A stretch of DNA of 64,000 nucleotides, taken from positions 7,006,001 to 7,070,000 of the forward strand of contig OZ059897.1 of assembly GCA_964057225.1 (NCBI GenBank), written 5' to 3'. Below the pieces are notes generated by a model. It was not told where the DNA came from. It was given only the letters and a program-made list of their open reading frames with translations, and made no database searches. How positions within the stretch are numbered: the stretch's first letter is position 1; every line of letters begins with the position of its first letter. Source of the DNA: Auanema rhodensis. Lineage: Eukaryota; Animalia; Nematoda. A program made the translations under genes and the position numbers. Positions 40,388-53,138 of the stretch are shown piece after piece.

Positions 40388-40417
<30 letters not shown>
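40388..40417 (+). repeat. (GA)~15 microsatellite, within the presumed SPSB 3' UTR
   Basis: Read directly from the sequence. Confidence 0.95.
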
Positions 40418-40424
<7 letters not shown>

Positions 40425-40726
40425 AGAGAGGAAGATTTAATGAATGCTATATTAATTAATAAGATTGGAAAATTCAAAAATAAATTCCACTAATCTTGTT
40501 ATCTCTGAAAATAAAAAAAAAAGGAAAAAAAAGTGTAAAACGGAATCGGCATATGACAGACAGTACGAGGTCGAATAGAAAATCTGGGCAGGGAATTTCA
40601 CATGACGATGTTAGACAAAACGAAATAACAGATTGTAAAATGGACTAAAAATACAGAAAAGCAGAACGATCATGCGTTAGCTGCGACAAACATAAGCCAC
40701 AAAAATCAATTCTGCTCAATCCATAT

Positions 40727-43700
40727 TCATCCATGAACCACATAATGCTTCAGTCGAGGTGGGATCTGAAGCTCATCCACGCACTGCAGACGGCTCACAC
40801 CCAACTCGCGACGGATCTTATTCCGGCAGATTTCCAGTAGGGCTCGAGGTTGTGCTGAAACAAACCATATAAGGTAACGTAAGCAGAAGTAGAAGATATT
40901 CCAGGTATTCTGAGGGTACTCAAAGCTCAAGCTAAGGTTTTTCTTTACAATTTTTTTTAACCAAAACAAAATCAACTTGAAACTATGCTGTTTCAAGTTC
41001 AAAATACTAATATGGACTGCCGTATGGGATACAAATGAACGAACAGTCACGCGCAGCTCAGCACAATAAGGCCACAGCCACAATCCGAGAGCTCAAAACT
41101 CGGTAATTTGACAGTAATTCAACACATTCAGCATTTTTCAATAAAAAAATATTTGAAAGAGCTGTTAGGCACACTATTCGCAGGCATCACAAGACCAAAA
41201 ACCAAAACAAGTCTCTTAGTTAGAATGAGCAGAAGTAAAAAAAAAGTTTTGCCCATTTGAGCGTTAATAAAAAGTATTTTTTCGTTTCAAAATAATAATA
41301 AATAGAACTGTTGAAGGTTTGATTTATGCTGCTTATTTGAAGAATTTTGAAAATTGCTTAGTCATCGAAAACGGCTGGCCAAAGATATCTATAATCTATT
41401 AAGGGAGCGGGGAAACGCTCTTCGCCGAGGGGTGGCCCAAAGAGCTCTTGGCGTGGATCGTAGGCGCTTTGAGCATTAGGCAACTCATGTCTGTCTTCAC
41501 TATCAGGCGAGAACAAGACCCAAGAAGAAGAAACGGGTCTCCAAGGATTAGGAGAAAATGGTAGGTCGGAATAATCAAAGTAAGCTGGCTCACGTTCTAG
41601 TCCTCCAAGATATTTCATCGTGATTTCACAGTGACCCCAGACCGCTGACACAATTGGATAGACGGTTTTGCCTTTTAAATTTCGGAAAGCAACGCCCAAA
41701 TAATCTTTTTCAGTTGCAAACGCTAAATATCCTTCATCCATATCGAGTATACAATAGAACTGAAACGGTAATAATGAAATAATTGAAGGAAAAGCTTTAG
41801 AAACTACCTTATCGGGTACTGCATAGTCCTCTGCACTACGACCATTCACCTCCATTGGATAAGCCCATGGAGCAGAATGCTTAGAGTCATGATAACATTC
41901 TCCACGAGCTGCAAAGAGGTACAAAATGAGTAATGCGCTTGACCAGTGTCTTGCTGAAGAACTTACTTAAATCCCATCCATAGCTTTCTTCATTCGTTCC
42001 AATTAAGGAAGTATATCCAACAGCGTGTAAGCTTGCTGCTTTAGTTCCAACTCCAACAACAGCGTGTGTTCCACGTTGCCGTCCGGGCCATTCTATCTGC
42101 CAGAGATGGAAACCACGTGAATATCCCATCTGTAGAAATTCCCAACATAAGTTAAAACATGAGAAATTCAAATAATATCTTTACCTTTCCACGGATACAA
42201 TCCGTACTTTGAGCAACAGGATGACGATGGAATGTAAATTTATCATCATCTTTCACAAATATATTCAATGACCTGAAATACACAAAGTAAAATTCAAAAG
42301 AACATGATAAGCAACGAAGAATGAGCTGAAATTAAATTAAAATGCTGACCTATCATCTGGATTCCATGCATGTAACTCCTGTATCCTCGCATCTGGAGGA
42401 GGTGATCGAAGAATAATATCAAACTTATGAGGTCTTTGCATATCATCTAGTCCGTTATTCTGCAAAACAGCTATGAGATGATGACGATGCCTATTCTTCA
42501 AAAGTTTTAAGAAAAAGGACGACAGAGAGCAAGAGGAAAAGGGAAAATACCACTTAAAGTCACTAGACGTTGTTGTCAAGGAGAATAGAACATTTGATTT
42601 GTCGGTTCTTTGTTATGGGATTTCCAAAAGCTCGGTTCAACATGGTAAAGAAAAATGCGAAATGCGCAAACTATGACGAGAAACAAGGGGATTAGAATAA
42701 GATGACAATGATATGAAGATCAATAACTACATTTTCAAAAAGAATATTCGGTTTAAGATTTGGACGAAAAAAAAAACAAAAAAGGAGAGAAAACAGACAG
42801 AAGACGTGGTCTCTAAGAATGGCTGCGGTAAACAACGTCGTCAATTCACGATGAGCTAGCTCTTTACTCAGCACAACCTAGCAGAAAGGCAGAATATGAA
42901 GCAGGAAAGAGGCAGAAATTCATAATTTCCATCAAAGAAATTAGTCAGCCGACGAAACAAAAGAAGCGAAATGAAAGATCAAAGATATGTATTGATCATC
43001 ATTTGAAGAAAAAAAAACATTTTTTAATACAAAATTAATTGATTTTCGATTCGATTTTACGTAAAATAAACAATGAATAATAAGATGATTATAAAAAAAT
43101 TTATAGAATATACTTACGGTTCTTTGTGGATGAGCTGGTGAAAGACTACGAGTTGATCTAGCTTGATTGGAACGTTGAGCATCATATCTTCGGTCATGTC
43201 GTGGGGCTGGCATGAGACTAGTGGAAGTAGCAGCTGTACAAGAATCGCCAACAGGTGAAACTATAAAAAGACAAATTAAATGGAAGAGAAACAATTTTTT
43301 TAATGAAAAAGTCCAAAAAGGGATGAATGTTGGGATGGGGAGCGAGAATTGGGAGAGAAGGAAATAAAGAGATAGAGAGACAGACAGAGAGATGGAGAGA
43401 AAGAGAAAGATAGAGAGAGAGAAAAGGCGGAGAAATTGCCAAAGAAGAAGAAGAATGGTTGTCAAGTTGTTTCTTCATAAAATTTGAATGACAGATGACA
43501 ATGACATAGGAGCATTTACGATAACGTTCCAATTTACAGAAATTGAAAGACAGTCTGATGACAGGCAAAGATTTGAAGAATGCCATCTGATGCTGGTACG
43601 ATGTATGTATGTGTGTGTGTGAGAGATAGAGAAAGAAAGAGAGGGCATATTTTACTTCCGGAAAGTATTATTATTAGAAGAAAAGAGACATAAAGGGGCT

Positions 43701-45713
43701 GTCAAGCTACGCCACGGCAGATGAAAATCTCATGTACCTTGATGTTCAATCAATGTTGTTGATATTTGAACAGTATTTTTCTATTTTTGTTGTTTTTTGA
43801 TGCGGAAATCTACATGTATATATGGAGATGCTGATATCCAATGCATGTGCATGAGAGAGAGAGAGAAAGAGAGAAATGAAAAGAGAGAGAGAGGGAGAGA
43901 TATGAACATCGCAACATGGGAATAGGAAATACTTCAAGAATCACTATTTTCGCTGTACAACAAAGTATTGTAAATCTGAGATTAATGCCAAGAATGTCAG
44001 TAACCATTACCAATGGTATTCCCTTCATGTACAGAGTCTACAGATAATCATGATATCACAACATTTCTCTTGATAAACAGTCATTGCCTGAAGCAATTGG
44101 CCAAGAAAAAAACAAGAAAATGGTAGAAGCTGAGAAATCGAAGGAGAATAATCTTCTGAATCAATGATAGCTTTGGAAAATAGGAAGAAGTGTAATACCA
44201 GATTTCCGGAAAAGAAAGAGAGAGAGAAAGAGAGAATATGAAGACGTCAAGGTGAGAGAGAGAGAGAGAGGGGAGGGGTAGAGTAAGATGGAGACCTCAT
44301 AGAATTTTTTTTGTTGAAGAAATCAAGAGATGACAAAGACCGAAAGATATGAGAGAATCAGAATATAAACAACAATTCTGTTCTTCTTGTCATCGTCGAA
44401 TGATCAAGCAAAGCAAATAAAGCTTCTTTTCGTATGTTTCCATGCTTAACCTGCAATCGGCTTCATACACATACGTACATGCACACACACACACACACAC
44501 CCCGATTACTTCTTGGATTTCAGTTATGGTTTTTCCTAGCTTATCCACATCAATTGCAGTCATGTAGTCTGCCAGAAAGCCATAAAACAGAAACTCAAAG
44601 ATTCATTTGATGTTCAAACTGTGAGCTATGGAATAGAATATATCGTAGGAAAAACAAGAAAGTACAAACATTTTTTTTGTCAAAAAAACAAGTCTCTATA
44701 TAAAAAGAACAGTGAGAATAACATCGATGACAAAAACGAAAATTATATTCTTGATTTAGAATGTTAAATTTAAACTTTTATATCAATAGATAAGATCTAA
44801 TTCTTCTTCAATTTTAGCATGATCATGATAAGATACACAAAGTGAATCAATACTATTCATTAAAAATAGCTCATCATGTTTTTCCTCTAAAATCCCTTCT
44901 ACTATTCCCTCATTTCTCTCTCTTTCTCTCTTTCAAATATTCTTATGATGCCTCTCCCTTTCGACTATTTCATAGTTTGGAAACGTTCGTAGTCTTCTCT
45001 TTTAGATGAATCGTATGTGCATAAAGGAAAACGAAAAACGATCATCTATTTAAGATGAGAATGGCCGGATCGGGGACAAGAAATCCGGAATAGTGACCGG
45101 TGTACAACAAGATCTTCCGGTTTTTGTGTTTCGCAATGTCCGAAAAAGGACCAAAACGAGAAAAATGAGGACAGAATGCGGAAATGTGAGTCTATGAGGT
45201 CAAGATAAGCAGAATACGTTCTAATGAAAGTTTACGAGCTGTGGAAAGCTTCCGGAAAACCGGTCTCAGTCGGAAGACAGGTTGTAATATGGCAGATATT
45301 ACGTCACACACACACTCACACATCACAAAAATTCTGAAGAGGAGGTTGACGTCGATGACGACGACGTAGATGATGACGAAACAATGATCAACTAGAGACA
45401 TCATTTTACTTCAGAAAAAAATAAAATAAATTTAAAGTGAAATATAGATTTTGAATCAATAAATCAGATGATGGCTGGACTAAGATGAAATAAATGAATG
45501 CATGGAAGGAAGGATAGAAGGATGGATATGATGAGGCAGAAATAGCACAGAATGAGTAAAGAATTTTGCATTAAAAATCTTCAGAAACTAGTTGTATTAC
45601 ACACAGTTTCTAAATAAATATTTGAATATATAGAAAATTGCGATGAAAGGTTAATAAATTCCAATGAATTGTCATCATCTTCTCTTATTATTTCATTTGA
45701 ACCTCCACTCCCT

Positions 45714-45754
<41 letters not shown>

Positions 45755-48700
45755 TTCCTCACAAAAACCTCCATTTTTCCACAAATTTGATAGTTCTTTA
45801 CCAATGTAACACATAACAAGCTTATACCCTTGTTATGCTTTTTCTTTCAGCATCGTTGTATAGTTCTCTCTTTCTACTACATTTACCTCTCCCCCCCTTT
45901 AAAGCTGTACTTCACTTTCCAGGACCCCTCTTGCATTCTTTTTATCAAAATTTCGGAAAAATTTTCAAAACAGAAATACTTTGCAAACCATTTGTTTGAT
46001 TTGATTTCTGCCCCACAAATATTGAAATAAAATAGTTGACATGACATTTTGTTTATGAAACTCAAATAAGGAAATGGAAAAACAATATTTGTAAACAATT
46101 TTCAGCCACTTCCTGTCCCAATATTTTGAATTTATCATAAACTGTTGTACTGATAAGGAGTAACAAGCTGATAAATCAATGATCATAAACAGCTTTGAAT
46201 ACATTTGTAAATTCTCATGTTTAAACTTCTTAAATTGCTTCCTCTTTTATGATTTCTTAACTTCCTTTAGATGACACAAAACAAGTGAATCTTGATGAGT
46301 GTTCATGTTCCTTTCTATTCTCACTCTCTATCTCCCCCTCTCTGTATCGAGATTGTAACCACATAACGATGAAAGAGAATTCATCGTCAATACGGTTCCA
46401 GAAGACAACTCACAGAAAGAGAGAATGAGATGAATGAAGACTAAGATAGTGAGAAACACACATACAGAGAGGGAGATACGAAAGGAGAATTCATCGTCAT
46501 CATTCCCCCCGGAGTTTTGGAAAGGGAAAACAGGAGAAACGATCGAATGGGATAATAAGAACAGCCAATTACATCATTGTGCTACTTCTTTTACAAAGTT
46601 TTCACACAGTACTTCATGTTTTTTTGAAAATTTAACTATTTGATAAGTACTTATCAATCGATTTTCCATTGTTTTATAACAAAAAGTTTATAATTTAATC
46701 GGTTTAAGTGAATATTCATGAAGAATATTGTTCTGATTGGAATCCCCTGAGGGCTGTCAAACAGCGATGAACTCTTTTCAAAGCGGTCCCACATCGCAGT
46801 TTCGACGACGAAGTATCGTCGTGTGTACAGCGTACATCATGTTGCAACTTGAGAATTTTCATTATCGATGTCTGATTAAGACGAAAACGAAGGCTCTACC
46901 ACATATACATGTATACATATACACATAAACTTGTGTCTCGTCATGTGTAATATCGGTTGAAATGTAAAAAAGGGAAACTTTTCTCAGAACACAGTTGTTG
47001 TAGATGAGAATAAGGGAGAGGGAGAGATAGAGGGAAGATGATGAGATAGAGAAAATAACGACTAAAAAGGAAAATTACAGTGGTTTGTTACAATCCTTAT
47101 GCGAGGAATCACGAATGAGAATCAGGCGAGTGCCCTGTCTCGTTCACCTTCAAGCAGTCACGATAACGGTTTTCGCCGTGAATTCTGCCAGAAAGCGTAG
47201 AATCGATATGAATAACGATGACAAGCTAAGCTAAGCCAGCTTTCACATCACAGTTTTACATGACCTTTTACCGTTTTTTTTTCAATTTTACAAGGACTAT
47301 AGATAAATGGTTTTTGAATGCTTTACGGAACATCAGAATCCAGTTACTGGATGTATTTCGTCACCATCATCATCATCATCTTCGTTGTCGTTTGTTGAGA
47401 AAAGAAATTTTACTTCCCATCACCATCTCACTTGCACTCCCTTTCAAAACCCATCTTCTACTCCATTTCAACTGTGTTCTCTAGCCAAATCATCCAAATA
47501 AAACATTACAAAGTCTTCCAAAAAACACCATAAAGTTATAATTATTAGTGATTCCCCAAGATCACTTAGACCACGCTAAGTGGAGGTAACGGATTCGGTC
47601 CCGATGAAGACTGGATCTAAATGTCTGACGAACGATCCGACACAGCAACAATCCCCATACCCCCTCTCTTTCCTTGGGTAGGAACAGTGGTTAGATAGGA
47701 ATACGAACCCAGGTCATTCAATCCGTCTGAATTCTCAACGGAGATGACTTTTCGCAAATGAAGACGACGATTTGTGTGTGAAGGCAATTGACAATGATAT
47801 TTCTAAAAGAAACGTTCACCTTGTTTTCTCTCTCTTTTAAAATCCACAGGTATATCTCATATGCATCTATCTTTCTCTCTTTACTTTCTGTCACTTTCAA
47901 AGAATTTTTCTCCCTCAACTCTCTCTCATCCCTCTATACCTTCCCATTCACATGAAAAAGACAATGATCCGATAAATTTTGCTATAAGATCAAAAATGAA
48001 CGGAGATCTATTGAATGAATAAAGAGGGAAAGTTCTCATACACATTACATACGATTTTCTATTTTTTCCCTTTGAGATTATTATTTGAAAATTATCTTTT
48101 TTACTTCCTTTCTCTCTCCCTCTGTCTGTCTGTCTGTCTCTTTCTCTCTCTCTCTATCACTTTTTCTTTATTCATAAGCCCTTTATCTCTTTATCGACTA
48201 GTGTGTTCGCTAATGAGAGCACAAAGGGAATCGAGAAAATTGGAATAAAGACAGAAAGAGATTGTGGCTTGAAGAGAAGAAGAGAGAAACAGAAGTGAAG
48301 CAACAAAAAAAGGAATAGCTTTAGTAGCTTTCATAACCAGTTGTTCTAACAATGACAAGTGAATCTTCTTCTACTTCTTATTCGTCGCTCTCTGATGATT
48401 GAGAATGAGGAGAGACGATCTCAATACGTCTGGCACAACGAAAAGCTACACGAGACCAAGAACAGGAAACCCGTGTGATTTAGTCTCGTCTCTCACTCTC
48501 ACTCTTTGAGAATACAACAAGCTAATACTGTTTCTCAACAGTGTATTCGTTTACACTCACCCTCTCATCGTGGTGTCCGACAAGAAGAGGCCAGTCTTCA
48601 GGAAACGAAGAGGACTACAACGAGTCAGGGGCCCAATTATACTTGTCTGGTCCGAGATAGAAAGAGAGAGTCGACCTGTCGTAGAAGATAGAAAGAAGGC

Positions 48701-49522
48701 AGCCAGCGAGGAAGGAGAGTGGGACACGTTGGTTAGTTAGGTCGGCGGGAGATGGTGGAAGAAGGTGAATCGTAGAAGGTGAAAACGGAACGGATGGAGG
48801 AAAACGAAGACGAAAAGGGGGAATGGGTGAAATCAAACGAAAGAGAGTTTAAGGCTGTATGGATTGAAAATGGATAATGGATGAATACATCGTAGAATTG
48901 AAAGAGAAGGATGAACCAACATAGACAAGTATGGTCAAAGTAGATTAAATTTGAAAAAAAAAGAGAAAAGAAATCCAATATGGCGATTCAATTGATAAGA
49001 AAAATCTAGATCATTTCAATTCAATAAGTCCGAATTAGAGAATAATAAAATTCAAAATAGATATTTACCTGTGCACAGATGATGCAGATGGGCTAATGCC
49101 AATACAATATGAAATTGATGCTCTGTTGGCATTCTACGTAGTTCGAATAAGCTATCTTCTTCTTCCACATTACTGTTGGTACCAACCGCAGCTGTAGCTG
49201 TAGCTACTACTGGTGCTGGCACTGATGCTACGCCATTTGCACCAACACTTACTGTGCTGGCTGCTGACGATGCATGAGCTCGTTTCGAGCTACGAACGAC
49301 CCGACCAGAAGGCAGAGCAATGGGCGAGCTGCGATGGCCACGAAGGTGACGCAGACGCTCCTGCATCAGTTGTTGATGCACAGCACTGATAGCACCCGCT
49401 GGAGCAAGAGGAGATGGCTGCTGAGCTAGTGCTGCCAGGTTACTAGGATTCAAGGCAGCAGCAGCTGATACAGAAGTAGATAAATTTGCTAGACGACGTG
49501 GAGCCGAAGATGATGAAGCCAT
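40727..49522 (-). CDS. spsb-1: SPRY-domain SOCS-box protein (SPSB1/4, gustavus type), proximal-first-exon isoform; exons 49522-49069, 43260-43118, 42459-42350, 42272-42185, 42129-41967, 41908-41808, 41759-41594, 40854-40727
   Basis: [54 protein letters not shown]...[34 protein letters not shown] and SOCS box [19 protein letters not shown]...[11 protein letters not shown]. All exon phases are consistent. The start at 49522 (MASSSSAP) is the first in-frame ATG and is less certain than the family call. Confidence 0.9.
45717..45750 (+). repeat. (TC)~17 microsatellite
   Basis: Read directly from the sequence. Confidence 0.95.
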
Positions 49523-50439
49523 ACGTGCGTATGTGGAGCAAGCAGATTGACAAAGAATATTAGCAGAAGAGCAGGACAGTTCGGAATCGCAGGAACTGTT
49601 AGAGCCTCGAGGTGCTGATGAGCAACAACACGAATAGTGAATTCTTGGAGCACGTGAACAGGTGCGAGTAGTAGAACTTTCCGAAACCGGATCAAATTTG
49701 ACTTGTCTCGAAGCGGTTCGTTGTGATCGAACCGGTAGGTCCGAAGTACTCAAACAACAGTTGGAACACAGTTTGATTGAGATTGACGAGTAAGTAGGAA
49801 TAGGATTCGAAAATCGCTGCCTTATTAGCTCACCACGCGAAAAATAGCGTGAATTCCTATAAAGCTGACAGAAACCGAAGAACGTCGAGAGTCGTCTGGG
49901 AAATGAAGACGAGAAAGAGAATACGAGAGGAAGCGACCACGTTCACAACAAAGAATGGCCGGTTGGCTTGTGTATGTGTTGACTAGGGGGTGGAGTTGGT
50001 TTGTTAGCCGGGGGGGTTGCACCAATCACACACGCAGCCCAAACACGTAAACAGGCCACAACGTAACCGTCGAGACTCACAAGCTGACAAAACGGTTATG
50101 AAACGAGGAAACAGTCACTGCAGGAAGAAGAAAAAATAGTAACAGGCTGGTGTCAGCGATAATGAGCTTCACGGTCAGCTAGACGTACAGTAGAAGAATG
50201 AGCTAGTAGAATTCTTAGGTGAATAGGATCGCCACGAACAACAATCCAATTTATCGCTTAGTGCGAGAACAAGAATATAGCTCAAGATATAGTTAGATTA
50301 AGAATATTAGAATTCTAATCACGTGGTTTCAAATTTGGAGCTCCTAAAATCAGGATAGGCCGTCTAATGGATAACAGATCCACTTCAGCAGCACACAGCC
50401 CTCCAAATAAGAAAGTAGGGAATTCGATTCCAAGAGGAC

Positions 50440-50600
50440 GCAGAAACTGCCCCTGGGGCGGAGAAAAATCAACGACGACGACGCCGAGAGAGAGAGAGAG
50501 TCTGTCTAGCGACACTACGACGACGACGACAGAAGGGAGGGTGATGGACGCGCGACGACCAGACCCGCCTCCGCCGACCGGAACAAGACTGAACCAAGGC
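50440..50600. promoter_or_regulatory. GC/CpG-rich patch, candidate promoter or enhancer of the proximal SPSB first exon
   Basis: Locally GC-rich, with (ACG)n, (GA)n, CGCGCG and CCCGCCTCCGCC, about 0.9-1 kb upstream of ATG 49522. Inferred from position and composition. Confidence 0.3.
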
Positions 50601-52975
50601 CTCAAGGAAGAACCCTATCCCCTATTGCCTGAGGGGATTTACATTTCAGGTCCAGCGACACCATGTATGAAGTGAACAAAGTCGTCGTTAAACTTGTACT
50701 TTCAACATTTGAATTTTGAATTTGCTAAGCCAGACGGGAACTATCGTTTTCGATGTTCATAAATTATGAAACAAACTGATCCTCATCGTAATTCTCGATC
50801 ATTAGATATCGCCCTTTCGCCTTATCGGACAGGAGTGTACGAACATCTGATATGTTCCTTGTCTTCATGTATTCAGAATCTTCGTTCGTAAAATCATGAA
50901 TCTGATTATATTTCAAGAGAATATGAATGAAAATCGAAGGAGAAAATGAATTTGAAGTAGATATGACTAGGTGCGGACAGTGATGAAAACCTTTCTTGAA
51001 TGAATATAATTTCGATGAAGATAAAGATACATCAACTATGAGATGTGGGGATTTCAGAAGTGATATCCCCCGCTTAAATTTCATAAAAGGACATCAAATA
51101 TCCATTATATTTCGCTTTCTTTGACTGAACCATCTCATAGATTTATTTTTTCGCCTTTTCAGTAGACTAGTTACGATGATTGAGACCTTTGTTCCGCCTC
51201 GGCACCTGTAAATCCTCGTAAATCTCTCGTTTGAACCTCTTAAGCCAACTACAAAACTGTCGACGTCGAAAGAGAATGGTGAAAGGTTCAGTTAGCAATA
51301 TGTTGTGAGAAAGCTCATCATTTCATGCACTGTTCTTGTCATTTCATCCCAGTTGCTTACATCTGAACCGGCTTTTCGTAAGAACAGTGTCAGAAGCTTC
51401 ACAACGTGGTAGTCTGGGGGTCGATGAACTACGAATGAACTCGTTGTCGTCATCAGACACAAGGATATATATATCTCTTCAGTATATGCATACGTATGTG
51501 TAGCGAGCAATATTGCAATGTACGCTGTAAGAAAGGCTGAACCTATACAACGAAAGGAAAAGCGAATGCCTGGGTGGCTGGCTGGTTGGTTCGTTGGCTG
51601 ACTGTCTGTCTGGCTGGACTACGACAATGTGTTTGAGGAGAAGAAGACCGAGAGAGATAACATAGAGATGATACGAAGAATGAAGAGAGTGAGAGATCAG
51701 AAGGAGGAAGAAAGAGAGTCCTGGTAGGGGATCCGGCTCCCAAACCGGTCTTAGTTTGTCTCGCTCTCTATAGTTCTCATGGTCTTCGTTCATTCCAAGC
51801 GAGCTCCATAGAGAACAATAATTTTCTTCAATATATCCATGCATAAAATGGAAATTTCAAGAAAAAAACTAAGGAAAAGTGAAGTTTGACAGTACGCGGA
51901 TTGGCAGCTAACAGTTTTGTCGATCGTTCAGAAGGTTACAATACCATAACGAGAATCACAGATCATTTCATGCTGTAAGTTAATATCAGCTTTTACAGCT
52001 TTATACATGCTCTTGTAACTTGCAGCCTAAGCATTGTGTGAGATAAAGCTATCACCATCGCTAAATCATGTTAATCTTGCGGATATATCAATGAAGATTA
52101 TGGTTCTACCAACATCTTTACTTCCATTTTACAGACCAAAATAGAAGAAAAGATAGAATTTCTAGTTTAACATGAAGACGAGAAAGACGAATGTTCTTTA
52201 CAAGAAGACTGATCAGCATCATCTGATCATGCTAACGTTGTGTAATTTGGCGTCGGAAAAGCTTGAAGTTGTATGGATATGCATCACTTTGATTGCAATC
52301 TCAATGATGTTACGAACTTTCGAAAAGTAATTTCCAGCATACTAGGCTGCTAGCGCAGACATCTCAAACCCTATCAGGTGTACTTTCTTTGATTAAGGAA
52401 CATTCTTGACTAACGAAATTATAATGGAACAAGCCGTCAAATTCCTCAAATTAGTGGGAAAAGACAGGTAGTGCAAATCGACTTTCTTCATGTCGACTTT
52501 CGTACATCTAGTCCTTCTTCCTATACGATGATGTCCATTGATTTCTTGTGGATACAGGTTTTTCAGGTGTGCTGCTTGAATACGCAATGCCCACGAGATG
52601 GCATCTTTAACCAGTGTTGTAGTATGGCGGCAAAAGATGCCGGATGGCGCCAAATGCAAAAAAAAACTTCAAAATAGTGTTGTAAGTCCAAAAAGCAAAA
52701 AAAGTTGGATGTCAAAAACTGAAGGAGGGAAATACACTGAAGAAATTGAGGTAAATTTCCATGGAACAGTCCAGGGACGGCGAGTAATTGCCCCGTTCAA
52801 ATTGTGTTCAAGAAACAGGATTTAAGGATATTCATGTTCGCTGTACTCATAAAATGGATTCAAAGTTGGTTCTTCTCATGCCAAAATGCAATCTGTGTAC
52901 TATTGAAGAAAGAAAAATGGCTAGGCCAATAGTATGAGAACCAGGAAAAGAGATTCAAAATCAAATAGAAGAAAG

Positions 52976-52978
<3 letters not shown>

Positions 52979-53015
<37 letters not shown>
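52979..53015 (+). repeat. (GA)~18 microsatellite
   Basis: Read directly from the sequence. Confidence 0.95.
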
Positions 53016-53023
<8 letters not shown>

Positions 53024-53114
53024 GGAGGGAGAATGAAAGAAAAAGAATATTTTGCGCTTGGTCCGGTTTTTTTCGATCATTCGTGGTTGGACAACTGACC
53101 ACCAGCACCACCAA

Positions 53115-53138
53115 CATCATCATCATCATCATCATCAT
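53115..53138 (+). repeat. (CAT)8 microsatellite
   Basis: Read directly; explains the poly-His and poly-Met spurious ORFs here. Confidence 0.9.

Noticed and set aside
38891-40996. CTGTTTCA piRNA (Ruby) motif cores at 38891, 39501 (-) and 40988
   Set aside because: Isolated occurrences with no clustering; not evidence of a piRNA locus.
42692-42885. Possible extra SPSB exon or 60-aa ORF in the intron
   Set aside because: No convincing donor and phase, and the flanking exons already join in frame.
47680-47715. tRNA-like A-box/B-box fragments (AGTGGTTAG...CGAACCC)
   Set aside because: Spacing too short and no cloverleaf.
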